A stretch of DNA of 22,021 nt, from assembly GCA_052386995.1 (NCBI GenBank), contig JBQTJP010000155.1:1-22021 (forward strand), given 5' to 3'. This DNA is from Armatimonadota bacterium. Lineage in GTDB: Bacteria > Sysuimicrobiota > Sysuimicrobiia > Sysuimicrobiales > Humicultoraceae. Below the pieces are notes generated by a model that saw only the letters and a list, made by a program, of their open reading frames with translations, ran no database searches and had not been told where the DNA came from. How positions within the stretch are numbered: position 1 is the first letter of the stretch; the number at the start of each line of letters is the position of its first letter. The position numbers and the translations under genes are program-made. Positions 18,471 to 22,021 of this stretch are shown piece by piece.

Positions 18471-19319
18471 ATGAGGCTTGAGCTTCAAGAGCTGACCCTC
18501 AAGTACGGCGAAATCGTCGCACTCCAGGAAGTCAGCGTTTCCCTTGAGGGACCGGTTATCGGTCTGCTCGGCGCGAACGCTTCTGGGAAGACCTCGATGC
18601 TTAAGATCCTGGCCGGGATTCTGCGCGCAACTGAGGGGCGCGTCTTTATTAATGGGGAGGAGATCTCGCAGGGGAAAAAGGCATGGATCTCCTACCTGCC
18701 GCAGGAGACCGGCTTCTTTCCGTTCTTCCAGCAGCCGCGGCAGACGCTTTCCGCGTCGCTCCTGCTGCGGGGTATCGTGGATCCCGAGGCGCCTCGCGTC
18801 GTGCTGGCGGCACTGGGCCTGGAGGAGGAGGAGCGAAGCGCCGAGGGTTTTTCGGGAGGGATGAAGCAGAAGCTCCGCATTGCCCAGGCGTTGATCCACG
18901 CTCCTCGCGTCCTGCTCCTTGATGAACCGACAGTAGGGCTCGATACCCGGGAGCGGTACCGCGTCCTGCGCCTGATCGATCGGCTACGGGGCCGTGTCTC
19001 GGTCGTCTTCGCCACGCACCATCCCGACGATGCGGCGGCCGTCTGTGACGAGCTGCTGATCTTGCACCAGGGGCGCGCTGTTGCGTACGGAGCCCCGGCT
19101 GATCTAACGGCGAAGGCACAGGGTCAGGTCTTCGAAGTTTCCGTACCTTCGTTGACCCTCCCGCACGATTACGGGTACGAGCTCGTCCGGGCCGAGCGCC
19201 ATGGGGAGGGTCTCCGCCTTCGCGTGGTTGGCGAACCTCCGAAAGGCGCGAGTGAAGTCGCTCCTCACCTGGAAGATGCGTACATCCTGCTCACATGGCG
19301 TCGTCGAGAGAATCATTGA
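18471..19319 (+). CDS. ABC transporter ATP-binding protein (ABC-2/drug-export type)
   Basis: Walker A GANASGKTS, Q-loop YLPQE, signature FSGGMKQK, Walker B LLLDEP, H-loop ATH, C-terminal P.LEDAY. Confidence 0.92.
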   Translation: MRLELQELTLKYGEIVALQEVSVSLEGPVIGLLGANASGKTSMLKILAGILRATEGRVFINGEEISQGKKAWISYLPQETGFFPFFQQPRQTLSASLLLRGIVDPEAPRVVLAALGLEEEERSAEGFSGGMKQKLRIAQALIHAPRVLLLDEPTVGLDTRERYRVLRLIDRLRGRVSVVFATHHPDDAAAVCDELLILHQGRAVAYGAPADLTAKAQGQVFEVSVPSLTLPHDYGYELVRAERHGEGLRLRVVGEPPKGASEVAPHLEDAYILLTWRRRENH

Positions 19320-19330
19320 GGAGCATATCC

Positions 19331-20587
19331 GTGACCGACAGCTCCCTAACGCGACAAGATCGGCTGCTGGGTCTCTTCCGTCTGGGATGGGCGGTGCAGA
19401 CCCACTTCGTCAACTTTGATCTTGTACCGGACCTGGACTGGGAACGCACGGTGAACGCTGCGATCCCAGACGTGGAGCAGGCGGAGTCAGTTTTAGAATA
19501 CTATCGCACGCTTCAACGCCTCGTTGCCAAGTTGCGCGATGGCCACACGAACGTCGCACTGCCACGTGAGATCGCCTCGATGTTCGGCCGCCCACCCGTC
19601 GAAGTCGAGTGGGTCCAGGACCAGCCTGTGATCACCTCGGTCGGACCGACTGTTTCGGACGCTGGTCTCAAGCCAGGCGCGTTGATCTTGGAGATTAGTG
19701 GACGACACGCACGGGACGTCCTCGACGAAATTTCCCTTGAAACGTCGGCCTCGACCGAGCATGGATTGCGTGCCCGGGCGTGCATGCGGCTGCTCAACGG
19801 ACCCAATGACGAGCCCGCGAGAGTGGTGATCAAGGGTGAAAAGGGATCAAGGGAACTTGGGTTGGTGAGGAGCCTCCGTGGCATACCCGGCCTGTTGCCG
19901 ATGTCTCCCGTTGAGGTCCAGCAATCAGGGAATGTCGCCTGCATCGCCATTAACACGTTCAACGTAGAAGAGGTGGTTTCACAATTCGACCGAGCGTTGG
20001 ACGCGTCGATGGATGCAAAGGGAGTGGTGCTTGATCTCCGCCGAAATACTGGTGGGAATGGCGCTTATGCTAGGCAGGTCGCAGCCCGCCTCACAGATCG
20101 CCCATTGAGTTTCGAGAGGTCGCGAACCCGGCAAACCCTCTCGGTGTTCGAGGCTCGCGGATGGCGCCAGATGTTCCTCGAAATAGAGCCCGACCTCCAC
20201 CCACCCAGAGACCGCCCATTCCTGGGACCTCTGGCCATCCTCATCGGCCCGATGACATGGAGCGCTGCCGAAGACTTTCTGGTTGGATTGCATGGTGCTG
20301 GCCGCGCGACGCTCTTCGGCCAGCCGACCCACGGCTCCACGGGACAACCCCTCTGGGTGACTCTGCCAGGAGGTGGCGGGGCGGGCATCTGCACGCGCCG
20401 GTGCCTCTACCCAGACGGAAGAGAATTCGTGGGCCGGGGCATTCAACCCGATATTGCAGTCTCACCTACCATCGCAGGTCTGCGGGCTGGGCGCGATGAG
20501 GTGCTGGACGCGGCACTGCAGTGGCTTGCCGAGCGACTCGGTCCGGACCGAGTCGCATGCACGCGTTTCCCTGACGACTGCCGGTAG
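19331..20587 (+). CDS. S41 family peptidase (tail-specific protease/tricorn-like) with PDZ-like region
   Basis: GAGGAG RBS and GTG 19331. L.DGHT, DLRRNTGGNG, catalytic T.SAAEDF, G.PT.GSTG, G.GIQPDI and DEVL..AL motifs. Confidence 0.9.
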   Translation: MTDSSLTRQDRLLGLFRLGWAVQTHFVNFDLVPDLDWERTVNAAIPDVEQAESVLEYYRTLQRLVAKLRDGHTNVALPREIASMFGRPPVEVEWVQDQPVITSVGPTVSDAGLKPGALILEISGRHARDVLDEISLETSASTEHGLRARACMRLLNGPNDEPARVVIKGEKGSRELGLVRSLRGIPGLLPMSPVEVQQSGNVACIAINTFNVEEVVSQFDRALDASMDAKGVVLDLRRNTGGNGAYARQVAARLTDRPLSFERSRTRQTLSVFEARGWRQMFLEIEPDLHPPRDRPFLGPLAILIGPMTWSAAEDFLVGLHGAGRATLFGQPTHGSTGQPLWVTLPGGGGAGICTRRCLYPDGREFVGRGIQPDIAVSPTIAGLRAGRDEVLDAALQWLAERLGPDRVACTRFPDDCR

Positions 20588-21619
20588 GCGTGGACCGAAA
20601 TACAGCTCGGCTTCATAACCATTGTGCGCGCGGCACCGGAGCTGGATGTTCTCTACAATGGGCTCGCCCCCAGCGCCATAGGGCGCGACGTGATGGAACT
20701 CCAGGAAGCCTTGCTCGTTACAGCGGCGGCCTTTGCGACTCAGGAAGGCACACCGGCCGCCATCGCGCTTCCAGACCGCGCGCTTGACCTCCGCCGGGAT
20801 GTGACGCGACCTCGGCGCGGGGCCGCGGCTGCTGCGCGGACGGTCGGCGGCGGCGAGCTTCTTCTTGGCCGAGTCCTCAAGCAGCGCCGTCAGCGCCCGA
20901 TCGAAGATCTTCGCCGGATCTCCGTCGGGAATCTGGTGACGCAAGAGGTTCTGCGCGAGCCGCAGCTTCTCGTACGTTTCGGCGCTTGCCGTGAACTGTA
21001 TTTTGTACCGTTGGGGCGCAAGGGGCGCGACGACGGCACGACCCGTTCGGGGCGGCACGGGTGCCGCAGACTGCGGGCATGGGGCTGCGACGGCTTGAGC
21101 GTCATCAGAGGGCTGGGGGCTTGCCGCAGCTCCCTGCAGGGCCGTGCCCGAAGCAGGGATAGGGCGCGCGGTCGGAAGTTTGCGGACGGATGCCGGGACA
21201 TCTGGCTGGGGCCGCAGCTGCGCAACGAGTTCCTCGACCTGGCGCTTGCTCTTGTGCCGGGCCATGCCAAGCATTTGCCGGTGGTTCTCGCCCGTGAGGT
21301 GGGCCGCCAGGAGCCCCACCGTCGTCAGGTTCACCGATCCATCCGCAAGCATCTTGAGAATAGCCGGGAACCGCCGGACCGCCCGGGCGGCCTCGATACG
21401 CCCGTAGGCGGCGTGCTCTGAGAGATGGAGAACCTGGGTGCAATACGTGAATAGCGAGGAGCAGCCTTCGGCCAGGTACAAGCGTCGCTCGTCCAGTTCC
21501 GCGAGGTGGGCCACCAGTGACTCCGTCACCTCCCGCTCGCGCGCCGCTAGTTGCCTCACCCGCGCGAGGAGCTCGTCATTGGAGAGGCGTGCCACAGAGG
21601 AGAGTATGGTCGGGTCCAT
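20462..21619 (-). CDS. HNH endonuclease with DUF222-like helical N-terminal domain
   Basis: C-terminal RHIPAEVKRAVWKRDGGRC...RC.....LEFHH..P...GG.....NIQLRCRAHN. N-terminal helical region LSNDELL..V..L...ER.....L.AHLAE.D.RRLY...G.SSLF.YC. Confidence 0.9.
   Translation of the reverse strand: MDPTILSSVARLSNDELLARVRQLAAREREVTESLVAHLAELDERRLYLAEGCSSLFTYCTQVLHLSEHAAYGRIEAARAVRRFPAILKMLADGSVNLTTVGLLAAHLTGENHRQMLGMARHKSKRQVEELVAQLRPQPDVPASVRKLPTARPIPASGTALQGAAASPQPSDDAQAVAAPCPQSAAPVPPRTGRAVVAPLAPQRYKIQFTASAETYEKLRLAQNLLRHQIPDGDPAKIFDRALTALLEDSAKKKLAAADRPRSSRGPAPRSRHIPAEVKRAVWKRDGGRCAFLSRKGRRCNEQGFLEFHHVAPYGAGGEPIVENIQLRCRAHNGYEAELYFGPRLPAVVRETRACDSVRTESLGKPLQCRVQHLIAPSPQTCDGR
20531..20553. repeat. 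left copy of 23-bp direct repeat GAGCGACTCGGTCCGGACCGAGT (palindromic core)
   Basis: Identical to 21833-21855. In this copy 20533-20556 (GCGACTCGGTCCGGACCGAGTCGC) is a perfect 24-bp palindrome. Confidence 0.95.
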
Positions 21620-21842
21620 AGACCATATATATCATGCCGATTTCGCGTCGCTCAGGAACGCGCCCAGGCGCTGCAAGCTGTGCGGATCTTCTCCGATGTC
21701 TACCTGCCGTCCGAAAGGTGCACCGTGGTGGTCCTGGCGCCTGTTGGATCCATCCACGAGCGATGCCTCGCGGGTTCCAGAATCCCATGCGAAAACCTGT
21801 CAAGTGTTTTTTCGCCGCGCGCGCCTTTTCTTGAGCGACTCG
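21620..21842. ncRNA. candidate structured RNA/leader upstream of the HNH gene
   Basis: Long-range inverted repeat 21644-21658 / 21828-21842 (13/15 complementary) enclosing several shorter stems. No family is recognised. Confidence 0.3.
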
Positions 21843-22021
21843 GTCCGGACCGAGTTCGAGCGCCCCGGACCAACGCCAGATGCCACACGGCTAGCCACGA
21901 TTCTCTCGATGGCTATCAGCGAACGCTCCGCCATTCGGAAGGAAAGTACAAGAACACCTGACATCACCAGCCTTGCCGCGACGTTGACCGCGCCCAATAC
22001 CCATGATAGAATCCGTCCGGT
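21800..22021 (-). CDS. possible 3' end of a minus-strand gene entering from beyond the window (hydrophobic segment)
   Basis: The frame is open from the window edge: TGRILSWVLGAVNVAARLVMSGVLVLSFRMAERS...NSVRTESLKKRRARRKNT*. No recognisable motif. Confidence 0.3.
   Translation of the reverse strand, partial: TGRILSWVLGAVNVAARLVMSGVLVLSFRMAERSLIAIERIVASRVASGVGPGRSNSVRTESLKKRRARRKNT
21833..21855. repeat. right copy of 23-bp direct repeat GAGCGACTCGGTCCGGACCGAGT (palindromic core)
   Basis: Identical to 20531-20553. The core ACTCGGTCCGGACCGAGT (21838-21855) is a perfect 18-bp palindrome. Confidence 0.95.

Larger units (their letters stand above)
20531..21855 (-). mobile_element. putative repeat-bounded HNH endonuclease element (~1.3 kb)
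   Basis: A single nuclease gene plus non-coding leader enclosed by identical 23-bp repeats. The neighbouring ORFs and the HNH ORF all read across the repeats. No classical transposase or integrase is present, so mobility is inferred. Confidence 0.55.

Noticed and set aside
19636..19649. CTCGGTCGGACCGA, a one-base-deleted look-alike of the palindrome core inside the S41 gene
   Set aside because: Short, imperfect and fully within an uninterrupted coding frame (TSVGPT). Plausibly chance in GC-rich DNA, though worth rechecking if the HNH target is defined.
20624..21421. 265-aa + strand ORF inside the HNH unit
   Set aside because: Antisense shadow of the HNH gene with no motifs or RBS.
20531..21855. 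Palindromic 23-bp repeats as a CRISPR array
   Set aside because: Only two copies, 1.3 kb apart, with a gene between them. There is no regular repeat-spacer periodicity and no cas genes.
21858..21871. GAGCGCCCCGGACC just right of the right repeat as a third degenerate copy
   Set aside because: Too short and gapped to distinguish from chance.

Overview
GC-rich bacterial chromosome segment with almost all genes on the + strand. (1) 1-8600 is metabolic and envelope genes: the end of an upstream gene, a 35-aa membrane micro-ORF, two lipoprotein cupredoxins, a polyprenyl synthase, a class II aldolase-like protein, a folC-fchA-folD folate/C1 cluster with atypical active-site residues, an internally deleted flavin monooxygenase remnant, a Zn-dependent dehydrogenase and two small membrane proteins. 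(2) 8650-18430 is a housekeeping block: tatA-tatC, a DUF4321-like gene, maf-radC-mreBCD-mrdA-rodA-rng. (3) 18430-22021 looks accessory: an orphan ABC ATPase, an S41 peptidase, and a ~1.3-kb unit (20531-21855). That unit carries a minus-strand DUF222-like/HNH endonuclease gene and a ~200-nt potentially structured non-coding leader. It is bracketed by two identical 23-bp repeats whose 18-bp core is a perfect palindrome. It is the best candidate for an undescribed system (a palindrome-bounded HNH mobile element, possibly with an associated RNA). No rRNA, tRNA or CRISPR array was seen. All family assignments come from motif recognition, not database searches.
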